This document shows positions 17,600 to 26,735 of a DNA stretch of 38,512 bases, one piece after another (within the stretch, counting starts at the first letter, position 1; the number at the start of each line of letters is the position of its first letter). Position numbers and translations under genes: made by a program. This DNA comes from Actinomycetota bacterium. GTDB lineage: Bacteria; Actinomycetota; CADDZG01; JAHWKV01; JAOPZY01. The DNA lies in NCBI GenBank assembly GCA_025963875.1, contig JAOPZY010000051.1:1-38512 (forward strand), given 5' to 3'. The notes under the pieces were generated by a model. It was not told where the DNA came from, searched no databases, and saw only the letters and a list, made by a program, of their open reading frames with translations.

Positions 17600-19087
17600 T
17601 TAGCCGGACACCCTCTGGTCGAGCGGGGGCAGCCACGTGAGCGCGTTGTTCCACCAGAGGTAACGGAGCAAGCGGGTCAGCTCCCTACGCCCGCGGTCGT
17701 CCGCGATCCCCAGCCGCTCGGCCATGCCGCCCACCGACACGGACCCGTCCGCCATGGCCAGGACCTGGTCGAGGCGGGGATCCTCCGGCTTCGGGGCGAG
17801 GAGGAACGGGGATCCGGCGGCGACCGGCTGCGGCTTTGCCTCGAAGGAGTCCCGCGACCGCATCGCCATGTTCGTGCGGGTCCAGGCGGCGATGCGGATC
17901 GGGCGGATCGCCCGGAGCAGGTCCCAGGGCGCCTCCGGCGGCGGGAGCTGGACCCAGCGGGCGAGGGCCACCGGCAGCGGGCCGGTGGCCATGTAGTCCG
18001 GGGGCGGGTGGCCCGCGATGTCCCGGACCGCCACCACGGCGGTGTTGATCGACACCCGGACCCCGGAGTGCGCCCCGCCGATGTGCAGGCCGCCGCCGGC
18101 CAGGTGGATGCCGTTGACGCCACCGAGCAGCCGGGTGCGGAAGTCCGGCCATGCCGCGAGCGCGGCCTGGATGGCGTCGGGCACCGAGCGGCCGTGGCGG
18201 ATCATCGTGTCGGGGGTCGGCGACGCCATCACCTGGGCGACCTCGCCCTCGGTGACCAAGCCGGCCGCCACGAGCATCGCCAGCACGTCGGGGTCCACCT
18301 CGTGGCCGAGGCAGGGGATGAGGACGTCGCAGGCGACGAACCCGGCCCCGTCGCCAGCCCGATACGCAAGCCCGCCCTCCGCCAGCGCCAGGTCCGTCGC
18401 ACCCTCGACGATCCGGGAGCCCGTGTCCCGCACCAGGGTCTCGAAGTGCGGGGTGCGGAACGCGCCGGGCAGGCGGTGCCGGGCGACGATGGTGACCGGC
18501 TGGCCGTGCATCATCACCCCCGTGGCGTGCTCGAAGGCCGACATGCCCCCGCCGACGATGACCGGCCGGCGGCCGGCGACGGCAACGGGGTCGTGCAGGA
18601 TCTCGATCACCTCGACCCCTCCTTTCAACCCGGCGCCTCGGGAGGCCGGGTCGGCCAGGGAAGGCGGTGGGCGCCGGCGCCGGTACCAGGCGGTGACCAC
18701 GACGTCGCGTGCCAGCCAGTCCCCGACCGGCGTCCGCACCAGGACGCGGCCGTCCTGCGGAACCAGCTCGAGCGCAGGGGCATGGAAGCGGAGGCCGATG
18801 CTCCCGTAGTTGATGACCCGGCCGAGGTAGTGGAGGACCTCCTCCCGGGTGAGCTGGTTGGGGTCCCGGGTGTCGAGGGGGATGCCGGCGATCTCGTAGT
18901 CGGTCGGCCGGGAGATGAGCACAAGCCCGTTCAGGTACTCCCGGATGGAGGTCGTCGGCCCCGGCCCGGCCTCCAGCCCGACCGCCTCGATGCCCTCCCG
19001 GCGGGCCTCGAAGAGCGCGGCGATGCCCGTCGGGCCGCCGCCGACCACCACCAGGGGCACTTCCGACGGCGCCTGCGCGCTCGCCAC
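17600..19087 (-). CDS. FAD/NAD(P)-dependent oxidoreductase (YpdA/TrxB-like) with C-terminal winged-helix-like extension
   Basis: VVVGGGPTG FAD motif, YEIAGIP...TREEVLHY, IVGGGMSA NAD(P)H motif; no CxxC. Confidence 0.75.
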   Translation of the reverse strand: MASAQAPSEVPLVVVGGGPTGIAALFEARREGIEAVGLEAGPGPTTSIREYLNGLVLISRPTDYEIAGIPLDTRDPNQLTREEVLHYLGRVINYGSIGLRFHAPALELVPQDGRVLVRTPVGDWLARDVVVTAWYRRRRPPPSLADPASRGAGLKGGVEVIEILHDPVAVAGRRPVIVGGGMSAFEHATGVMMHGQPVTIVARHRLPGAFRTPHFETLVRDTGSRIVEGATDLALAEGGLAYRAGDGAGFVACDVLIPCLGHEVDPDVLAMLVAAGLVTEGEVAQVMASPTPDTMIRHGRSVPDAIQAALAAWPDFRTRLLGGVNGIHLAGGGLHIGGAHSGVRVSINTAVVAVRDIAGHPPPDYMATGPLPVALARWVQLPPPEAPWDLLRAIRPIRIAAWTRTNMAMRSRDSFEAKPQPVAAGSPFLLAPKPEDPRLDQVLAMADGSVSVGGMAERLGIADDRGRRELTRLLRYLWWNNALTWLPPLDQRVSG

Positions 19088-19203
19088 TATCTGCCGTCCT
19101 TTCCGCTAACCTGCCGGGGTAGTTGGTGGGTGAGCCGACCCGAGACTACCCGCACCCGAGGGGGCCCTACGCCCCCGGATAGGAACGAGGAGAACGAGAG
19201 CCC

Positions 19204-20664
19204 ATGCCTGAAGCGTCCGAGACCGCCGTCACGGAGCACCGCTACGTGATCCCCGGCCGCGTGCTGCCGGAGAAGCCGATCGAGTCCCTGGACGAGTACC
19301 TGGCGCAAGGTGGCGGCGATGCCCTCCAGATTGCCCTGGCGATCCCGCCGGAGGAGATCATCGACATGGTCAAGCGCTCGGGCCTGCGCGGTCGCGGCGG
19401 CGCCGGCTTCCCGACCGGCATCAAGTGGGCATCGCTGCGGAACGACCCTGCCACCATCAAGTACCTCTGCTGCAATGGCGCCGAGGGCGAGCCGGCCACC
19501 TTCAAGGACCGTATGCTCATGCGGCGCAACCCTTACCAGCTCCTGGAGGGCGTCGCCATCGCCGCGTATGCCTCCGGGGCCAAGGGTTCGTTCGTCGCCT
19601 TGAAGCGCCGCTTCCACACCGAGGTCAAGGCGCTGGAGCGGGCCAGGCTCGAGATGATGGAGTACGGGCTGCTCGGCCCGGTCCCCCTCGAGCTCCGCTA
19701 TGGGCCCGACTCGTACCTCTTCGGCGAGGAGCGCGGCCTCCTGGAGGTCATCGAGGGCCGCGACCCGCTGCCCCGGATCCACCCGCCCTACATGCAGGGC
19801 ATCCTCGCCGACCCCGAGCACCCCTACCCCGCTGCGGTCAACAACGTCGAGACGCTCTCCAGCGTCCCGGGCATCCTGCGGTTCGGGCCCGACTGGTTCC
19901 GCGAGGTCGGCACCGAGCGCTCGCCCGGCACCATGATCTTCACCCTGGTCGGGGACGTACAGCGCCCCGGCATCTACGAGCTGCCCCTCGGCGTCACGAT
20001 GAACCAGCTCCTCTACGACATCGGCGGGGGGCCCCTGCCGGGCCACGAGTTCAAGGTGGTCGTCCCCGGCGCCTCCAACCCCGTCATGATCCCGGCCCAC
20101 TTCGGCACCCCCCTCGATTTCGACGCCACCGCCGCAATCGGCACGGGCCTCGGATCGGCGAGCTACACGGTCTACGACGACCGGACCTGCATGGTGCGCG
20201 TGGCGAAGGTGTTCTCCCGGTTCCTGCACATCGAGTCGTGCGGGCAGTGCGTGCCGTGCAAGATCCAGTCGGACCGCATCACCCGCCTCCTCAACAAGAT
20301 CGACGACGGCGACGGCGAGCAGCGGGACCTCGAAGAGATCCTCGCAGCGTGCCGCAGGGTCACCGACGGCCAGCGGTGCTACCTCTCCACGGCGGAGTCC
20401 GTCCTGATCCAGAGCCTCGTGCGGATCTTCGTCGGCGAGTTCGCGGCGCATCTGGAGATGGGGGGCTGCCCGCTGCCCGGCGTCACCGACCTTCCGAAGC
20501 TCGTGGACTTCCACGAGGACACCGGCGTGTTCGACTTCGACATGCGCTACCCGCTCAAGCGCTCCGACTGGACCTACGAGGACGACCCGGTCCCCGGGGC
20601 CTCCGTCCTGGTCCCCGGCGTTGAGACCGCCGAGGAGGAAGCGGCGGGGACGACCTCGGCGTAG
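19204..20664 (+). CDS. Stand-alone NuoF-like FMN/[4Fe-4S] protein
   Basis: [49 protein letters not shown] plus distal Cys; GAGGAG RBS. Confidence 0.88.
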   Translation: MPEASETAVTEHRYVIPGRVLPEKPIESLDEYLAQGGGDALQIALAIPPEEIIDMVKRSGLRGRGGAGFPTGIKWASLRNDPATIKYLCCNGAEGEPATFKDRMLMRRNPYQLLEGVAIAAYASGAKGSFVALKRRFHTEVKALERARLEMMEYGLLGPVPLELRYGPDSYLFGEERGLLEVIEGRDPLPRIHPPYMQGILADPEHPYPAAVNNVETLSSVPGILRFGPDWFREVGTERSPGTMIFTLVGDVQRPGIYELPLGVTMNQLLYDIGGGPLPGHEFKVVVPGASNPVMIPAHFGTPLDFDATAAIGTGLGSASYTVYDDRTCMVRVAKVFSRFLHIESCGQCVPCKIQSDRITRLLNKIDDGDGEQRDLEEILAACRRVTDGQRCYLSTAESVLIQSLVRIFVGEFAAHLEMGGCPLPGVTDLPKLVDFHEDTGVFDFDMRYPLKRSDWTYEDDPVPGASVLVPGVETAEEEAAGTTSA

Positions 20665-20744
20665 GTTTCGCCGTTGAAGGCTGTGGATCGGCCCCGCCCG
20701 AGCGGGTATGGTGCCCACCGGAATCCTTGAGCCGGGCGAGGCAG

Positions 20745-21974
20745 ATGCCGCAGCGAACCCTTGCAATGGTGCTGGCGGGCGGGGAGGGAAAGCGCCTCGC
20801 CCCCCTCACCGCGGACCGGGCCAAGCCCGCCGTCCCCTTCGGCGGCCACTACCGCCTCATCGACTTCGTCCTGTCGAACCTTGTAAACGGCGGGGAGCGC
20901 CACATCGTCGTTCTCACCCAGTACAAGAGCCACAGCCTCGACCGCCACATCTCGCAGGCGTGGCGGCTGTCGACGATGGTCGGCGACTACGTGGCCACGG
21001 TCCCCGCCCAGATGCGCCGCGGTCCCCGGTGGTTCGCCGGGTCCGCCGATGCGATCTTCCAGAACCTGAACCTCGTCTACGACGACCGCCCCGACCACAT
21101 CCTGGTCTTCGGGGCCGACCACATCTACCGCATGGACCCACGCCAGATGCTGGCCCACCACGTGGCCTCGGGGGCCGGCGTCACCGTGGCGGCCATCCGG
21201 AGCCCCATCGAGGAGGCCGGGTCCTTCGGCGTGATCGAGGCCGACGCGCACGGCAGGATCCACGCCTTCCGGGAGAAGCCGGCCGACCCCGCCGGGCTGC
21301 CCGACGCTCCCCACCAGGTCCTCGCCTCGATGGGGAACTACATCTTCACCACCGAGGCGCTCATCCGGGCGGTGACCACCGACGCCGCCGACGAGGGCTC
21401 GAATCACGACGTCGGCGGCGACATCATCCCGAGGATGGTCGCCGAGGGTGACGCCTTCGTGTACGACTTCGAACTGAACGACGTACCGGGGGCCACCGAC
21501 CGGGATCGGGGCTACTGGCGCGATGTGGGGACCCTCGACAGCTACTATTCGGCCAACATGGACCTGATCTCGGTGCACCCGGTCTTCAACCTCTACAACA
21601 GGAACTGGCCCATCTACTCCTGGAGCGCCCCGGCACCCCCGGCGAAGTTCGTCTTCGAGGACGGCCAGCGCAAAGGCCAGGCGTTCAACTCGATGCTGTG
21701 CGTGGGAACGATCGTCTCCGGCGGGACGGTGCGCGGCTCCATCCTCTCCCCCGACGTCATGGTGCACTCCGGCGCCCTGGTCGAGGGATCGGTCATCCTC
21801 CAGGGCGTGCAGGTGGGCCAGGGGGCGGTCGTGCGCGGGGCGATCATCGACAAGAACGTCGTGATCCCGCCCGAGACCACGATCGGCGTGGACCTCGACG
21901 AGGACCGCCAGCGGTACACGGTCAGCGACGGCGGCGTCGTCGTCATCGGCAAAAACCAGAAGATCCTTCCCTGA
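20745..21974 (+). CDS. glgC: Glucose-1-phosphate adenylyltransferase
   Basis: [50 protein letters not shown], hexapeptide-repeat C-terminus. Confidence 0.95.
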   Translation: MPQRTLAMVLAGGEGKRLAPLTADRAKPAVPFGGHYRLIDFVLSNLVNGGERHIVVLTQYKSHSLDRHISQAWRLSTMVGDYVATVPAQMRRGPRWFAGSADAIFQNLNLVYDDRPDHILVFGADHIYRMDPRQMLAHHVASGAGVTVAAIRSPIEEAGSFGVIEADAHGRIHAFREKPADPAGLPDAPHQVLASMGNYIFTTEALIRAVTTDAADEGSNHDVGGDIIPRMVAEGDAFVYDFELNDVPGATDRDRGYWRDVGTLDSYYSANMDLISVHPVFNLYNRNWPIYSWSAPAPPAKFVFEDGQRKGQAFNSMLCVGTIVSGGTVRGSILSPDVMVHSGALVEGSVILQGVQVGQGAVVRGAIIDKNVVIPPETTIGVDLDEDRQRYTVSDGGVVVIGKNQKILP

Positions 21975-22035
21975 ACGCTCGGGCCCTGAGCGCTGGCCTA
22001 CGGGCCACACGGGTTTCGGGGAAAATCGGGCTCGC

Positions 22036-23217
22036 ATGAACGGGGTCGATGTCATCATTCTCGTGGCCGTGGCGGCGTCGGCGGCCCACGGCTTCTTCCG
22101 GGGCGCCGCAGTGCAGCTTCTCTCCTTCGCCGGGTTCTGGGGCGGCCTCGCCCTCGGGGCCGTCCTGGCCCCCCAGGTGTCCCGCCACATCCACAGCGAC
22201 GTGGCGAAAACCGCCACCGCCGTCGTGGTCGTCTTCGGGCTCGCCATCCTGCTCGGCGGGCTCGGGGAGCGGATCGGAGCCAGGATCCGCACCGGGCTCA
22301 GGGTGACCATGCTGGGCCCGCTCGATTCGGGCGTCGGGGCCGCCATCGGCGTCGCGGCGACCCTGCTGGCCATCTGGGTCATCACCGCCATGATCTCCAT
22401 CGTCAGCATCCCGTCGATCTCGCGACCGCTCAGCCAGTCGGCCATCGTGAAGGCTCTCGTGAACACGTTGCCCCCGGCCCCCGCCGTCTTCGCCGGGGTC
22501 GGCCACCTGCTCGCCCCCTCGGGCCTTCCGCAGGTCTTCGCAGGGCTGGAGCCTGGGCCGCCGGCACCGCTGCCGACCCCCAGCACCCCGGTGGTCGATG
22601 AGGCGGTGGTCGCCGCCAGGGACTCCACGCTGAAGATCGCGGGCCTGGGCTGCGGGGGCGTCAAGACCGGCTCCGGATGGGTGGCCGCACCGGGCCTGGT
22701 CGTCACCAATGCCCACGTCGTGGCGGGGATCGCGGCCCCCTACGTGCAGGACCGGTTTGACCACACGTACAAGAACACCAGGGTCGTCGTCTTCGACCCC
22801 GAGACCGACATCGCGGTGCTCCGGGTGACGAACCTGCCCGCCATCGCCAGGCCGCTCCCCCTGCAGCGGTCGGATTCGTCCCGCGGAACGAGCGGGGCTG
22901 TGCTCGGCTACCCGGGCGGCGGGACCTTCAAGGCAATCCCGGCGGCGCTGCTCGCCGAGATCCAGGCCACCGGCCGGGACATCTACAACCAGAACGTCAC
23001 CACCCGCAGCGTCTACGAGATCCAGGCCGACGTCCGGCCGGGCAACTCGGGTGGGCCCTTCGTGACCGCGGCGGGCCAGGTCGTCGGCGTGGTGTTCTCG
23101 GCTTCGGTCTACCTCCCCAACGTCGGGTTCGCCCTGACCGGCCACGAGGTCGGCCCCGAGATCGACAGGGCGCAGAACTCCGTCGCCGAGGTCGGCACCG
23201 GGGCCTGCTCCTCCTAG
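22036..23217 (+). CDS. marP: MarP family membrane serine protease (CvpA-like TM domain + trypsin-like domain)
   Basis: Four TM helices, TNAHVV, DIAVL, GNSGGP; Cys pair in GLGC and C-terminal GAC as in MarP. Confidence 0.85.
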   Translation: MNGVDVIILVAVAASAAHGFFRGAAVQLLSFAGFWGGLALGAVLAPQVSRHIHSDVAKTATAVVVVFGLAILLGGLGERIGARIRTGLRVTMLGPLDSGVGAAIGVAATLLAIWVITAMISIVSIPSISRPLSQSAIVKALVNTLPPAPAVFAGVGHLLAPSGLPQVFAGLEPGPPAPLPTPSTPVVDEAVVAARDSTLKIAGLGCGGVKTGSGWVAAPGLVVTNAHVVAGIAAPYVQDRFDHTYKNTRVVVFDPETDIAVLRVTNLPAIARPLPLQRSDSSRGTSGAVLGYPGGGTFKAIPAALLAEIQATGRDIYNQNVTTRSVYEIQADVRPGNSGGPFVTAAGQVVGVVFSASVYLPNVGFALTGHEVGPEIDRAQNSVAEVGTGACSS

Positions 23218-23224
23218 GTTTCCA

Positions 23225-23305
23225 CTCGTGGCCCGCTCCTTCGGAGCGTCCCACGAGCCAGGGGGATTCGCAGCTCACCCGGCTCCGCTGCGCTCCGCCG
23301 GGCTG
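23225..23305. repeat. Tandem GC-rich hairpins (REP-like or bidirectional terminator) between convergent genes
   Basis: CTCGTGG..CGCTCC/GGAGCG..CCACGAG and CCCGGC-TCCGCTGCGCTCC-GCCGGG. Confidence 0.5.
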
Positions 23306-24847
23306 CTAGTCCCCCCTGGACCCCCCTGGCTTGTCCACTCCGCCCAGGGCGAGCGCGAGGACCGCCGCCACGGCGCAGACAACCGCCGTGATCCGGAAGA
23401 TCTCGCCGTACTCGGTATGGAGGGCGATCCTTACCCCCTGCTCGTAGGCGGCGACCCTGGTCAGGTAGTCGGGGCTCGTCGCCCCGGAGGCGCCCCCGAA
23501 GGGAAGGGCCGGGAACGTGAGCCGGGCGGTCAGCGACTGGAAACGGTGCAGGCCCCATGCCGCCAGGGCCCCGATGCCGATCAGCATCCCCATCATCCGG
23601 GCAGCCACCACCGCGGCCGATGCCGACCCGTGGTCCTCGATCCTCGACGACCGCAGGGCCACCGACGCCAGCGGGGCCACCACGAGGCCGAGGCCGAGGC
23701 CGGCCAGAGCCAGGTCGATGTCGAGCCGGGGTAGCGAGAGGGGGCCGAGGTGGTGGCGGGCGGAGAGGACCTGGAGCGGCCAGGCCTCGATGAGGAGGTA
23801 GGCCGCAGTTGCCAGGGCCAGCCCTCCGAGGGCGACCGGCCGCTCGCCGAGACGCCTCGCGAGGATGCCGCCGAACAACGCCCCCACGGCGAGGGCCGCG
23901 AGGAAGCGGGCAAGCAGCAGCGCCGCCCCGAGGGCGTCCTTGCCGTAGAGCGTCTGGGCCAGCAGCGGCACGTCCACCAGCGTGACCATCAGGGCGACGC
24001 CGGAGAGGAAGCTCGCACCAAGCGTCGCCGAGAACCGCCGGGCGAGGCCCGGCGCCGGGGACACCAGGCGCACCGGCGAGCGGCGCTCCCAGACCGCGAA
24101 GGCGGCGAGGCCGGCCACGCCGAGGGCGACGGTCCAGCGGCCCCAGGGAGGCAACACCCCTGCGGCCGGGTCCGGGTTGTAGAGACCGGCGATGACGAGC
24201 GCCAGCGCCGCAGCCAGCATGGCCCCGCCCACGACGTCCACTTTCTGCTCCGGCCTCGGCCCGCGGCCGGGTCGGGTAAGCCCGATGACGACCGCCGCGC
24301 CCACGGCGAGGGGGATGTTCACCCAGAAGAGGCCCCGCCAACCGATGACCGCGGCCAGCACCGCGCCGTAGAGCGGCCCGAGCACGCTGCCGAGCTCCTG
24401 GAGGGCTCCGACGACGCCGAGGGGCACCGGACGGTGCTCGACGTCCCACTGGTCCCCGACGACGGCGAAGGTGACGGGCAGCAGGGCACCTGCGGCCGCA
24501 CCCTGCAGCACCCGGGCGGCGACGAGGACCGCCAGGCTGTGGGCGAGGGCCGAGGCTGCGGAGCCGGCAGCGAAGACGAGGAGGGACCCCTGCAGCACCC
24601 GCATCCTGCCGAGCCGGTCCGAGAGCTGGCCGAGCAGCGGCATGGCTGCGACGTAGCCGAGCAGGTACCCGGTGACGATGGGCGTGGCCCGCTCCAGGTG
24701 GTTGATCGGGATGTTGAGGTCCCGGACGATGTCGACCAGGATCGCGACGACGACGTAGGCGTCGAGCGAGGCGAGCAGCACCGCGGTGCCGGAGGCGCCG
24801 GCCGCGAGACGCCGTGAACGAACGACGTCGCTCGCCGGAGGATCCAC
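23306..24847 (-). CDS. MFS transporter, P55/Rv1410c-like (DHA2 type)
   Basis: LDAYVVV, ATPIVTGYLLGYVAAMPLLGQLSDRLGR, QELGSVLGPLYG, ARMMGMLIG. Confidence 0.88.
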   Translation of the reverse strand: MDPPASDVVRSRRLAAGASGTAVLLASLDAYVVVAILVDIVRDLNIPINHLERATPIVTGYLLGYVAAMPLLGQLSDRLGRMRVLQGSLLVFAAGSAASALAHSLAVLVAARVLQGAAAGALLPVTFAVVGDQWDVEHRPVPLGVVGALQELGSVLGPLYGAVLAAVIGWRGLFWVNIPLAVGAAVVIGLTRPGRGPRPEQKVDVVGGAMLAAALALVIAGLYNPDPAAGVLPPWGRWTVALGVAGLAAFAVWERRSPVRLVSPAPGLARRFSATLGASFLSGVALMVTLVDVPLLAQTLYGKDALGAALLLARFLAALAVGALFGGILARRLGERPVALGGLALATAAYLLIEAWPLQVLSARHHLGPLSLPRLDIDLALAGLGLGLVVAPLASVALRSSRIEDHGSASAAVVAARMMGMLIGIGALAAWGLHRFQSLTARLTFPALPFGGASGATSPDYLTRVAAYEQGVRIALHTEYGEIFRITAVVCAVAAVLALALGGVDKPGGSRGD

Positions 24848-24851
24848 GGGG

Positions 24852-25541
24852 CTAGACAGGAGGCGTGACGTTGACCGCGACGCCGAAGTTCGTGAGGTTT
24901 CCCGTCAGCACCGTGTCCTGCGTGGCGTCCTTGGCCCGGTAGGGGATGCGGAACTTGAGGAGCCGGCTCCCGTTGGAGGCGATCCACACCGTCGCCTTGA
25001 GCGTGTCCTGACCCGAGGCCAGGTCGGTCAGGCTCTTGATGAGCTCGGTGGGGATGCTTGCCGACACCCGGTAGGCGTCCACGCCCCCCACCGACTCGGA
25101 GGCCTGCGTCTGCCCCGCCGTGGCGTTCGCGAGGATCGAGGGCAGCCCGGTGGTTTGGTTGAGGAGGGCCGTGGGGTCGTAGGGCGGGGCCGAGCTCACC
25201 CAGCCCCCGGTCGGGCCCTTCAGGTAGAACTTGCCGTTCAGCAGGCGGAACGGGAACTCGGTGCCACCGAGGGAGAAGCTGCCGTTGGCCTTGCCGTCGC
25301 GGCTGATGTCGCCCTGCGCCGACTTGATGTAGCTGGATATGTAGCCGTCGAACTTGAGGTCGACATGGGCGCTGTTGACGTCGGCCATGGCCTGGCCGGA
25401 CTGCTGCAGCAGCTGAGGACCTGCCGGCAGGCTGGCCGGGTTCGAGCTTGATTTGCACGCTGCAAGGAGTGCCACGGCAAGCAGCAGCGCCGCGGCAGGC
25501 AGCCTGCGGGCGACTCGGGTGGGGACTGGGCGACGGTACAC
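24852..25541 (-). CDS. LppX/LprAFG family (LprG-like) lipoprotein
   Basis: Lipobox LAAC; SAHVDL, AQGD, YDPTALL...GL..IL, ATVWI; immediately upstream of the P55-like MFS gene. Confidence 0.8.
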   Translation of the reverse strand: MYRRPVPTRVARRLPAAALLLAVALLAACKSSSNPASLPAGPQLLQQSGQAMADVNSAHVDLKFDGYISSYIKSAQGDISRDGKANGSFSLGGTEFPFRLLNGKFYLKGPTGGWVSSAPPYDPTALLNQTTGLPSILANATAGQTQASESVGGVDAYRVSASIPTELIKSLTDLASGQDTLKATVWIASNGSRLLKFRIPYRAKDATQDTVLTGNLTNFGVAVNVTPPV

Positions 25542-25554
25542 GACGCCGGGGATC

Positions 25555-26163
25555 TTACTCCTCGCCGTACAGCTCGCCGGCCCTCACGGCGACGGGAACG
25601 GTGTTGCCGGGTTGGGCGAGGGGGCAGGCCCAGGCGGGATCGTAGGCACACGATGGGTTGTAGGCGAAGTTGAGGTCGGCCACCAGCCGGCGACCCTCCC
25701 CGCCAAGGTCCGCTCCCTTCGCCGTGTCGATCAGGTAGCGACCTCCGCCGTAGGTCTCCTTGCCCGCCAGGGCGTCCTTGATCGGAATGAACAGGCCCCC
25801 GCCGTACGAGGCCAGCCACCAGACGTCGAGGGCTCCCACGCCGGGCAGGTCGAGCCGCCCTACCCGCTCGAAGGCGACGACGCCGTCGGTGCCCGTCGGG
25901 ATCTCCAGGCGCTGGGGCGCGACGTCGGGCTCGATCTCGGCTTCGAAGCGAAGCCCGGGGTCGTACGGCGCCACGGGAGGTCCGTGGTAGGCGGGCCGCT
26001 CCGCCGCAGGCACCGGCGAGGCAGGGTGCGTCTTCAGCATCTCGGCCCTGCCGGCGCACCACAGCGTGTGGGCCTTCCGAGGATCGGGCTCGGCACGGAT
26101 CTGCGCGTAGAGTGCGGCGGTCCGCCGCCGCCAGTCGACGACCGCAAGGGACCCCGATGCCAT
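25555..26163 (-). CDS. DUF1684 domain protein
   Basis: DWRRR..LY, ETYGGGRYL, DLNFAYNPSCAY...CPL...N motifs; ATG 26163 chosen as start. Confidence 0.88.
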   Translation of the reverse strand: MASGSLAVVDWRRRTAALYAQIRAEPDPRKAHTLWCAGRAEMLKTHPASPVPAAERPAYHGPPVAPYDPGLRFEAEIEPDVAPQRLEIPTGTDGVVAFERVGRLDLPGVGALDVWWLASYGGGLFIPIKDALAGKETYGGGRYLIDTAKGADLGGEGRRLVADLNFAYNPSCAYDPAWACPLAQPGNTVPVAVRAGELYGEE

Positions 26164-26204
26164 GCTGGTAGCAAACGATACGCCACGAAGCCTGGAGGAG
26201 ATCA

Positions 26205-26735
26205 TTGGAACACCGGGACCACGTGATGCTGCTGCGGGAGGGCGTCGAGGGCGCCGGGAAGGTCTGGGCCGATCTCGGCTCGGGGAAGGGTGCCTTCACG
26301 CTGGCCCTGGCGGACCTCCTCGGAGCGGGGGCGGTCATCCATTCCCTGGACCTCGACGAGCGGGCTTTGACCACACAGCGCCAGGCCGTGGAGAACCGCT
26401 TCCCCGATGTCTCGGTCCAGTACCGACAGGCCGACTTCACCGGGGCCGTCGACCTTCCCCCGCTGGACGGCGTCCTCATGGCCAACTCGCTGCACTTCGT
26501 CGAGGCCAAGGAGCCGGTGCTGGAGCGTGTCTCGGGCTGGCTACGTCCCGGGGGGCGGCTGCTCGTCGTCGAGTACGACAGCGACCGGGGCAACACCTGG
26601 GCTCCCCACCCCCTCTCCTACCGGACGTGGGAGGCCCTGGCGGCCCGGTCCGGGTTCTCGGACACCCGCCTGCTGCGGACCATCCCCAGCCGCTTCCTGG
26701 GCAGGATCTACTCGGCGCTCAGCCTTGCCGCCTGA
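26205..26735 (+). CDS. Class I SAM-dependent methyltransferase
   Basis: WADLGSGKG motif I, ADF, ANSLHF, LRPGGRL. Confidence 0.85.
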   Translation: MEHRDHVMLLREGVEGAGKVWADLGSGKGAFTLALADLLGAGAVIHSLDLDERALTTQRQAVENRFPDVSVQYRQADFTGAVDLPPLDGVLMANSLHFVEAKEPVLERVSGWLRPGGRLLVVEYDSDRGNTWAPHPLSYRTWEALAARSGFSDTRLLRTIPSRFLGRIYSALSLAA

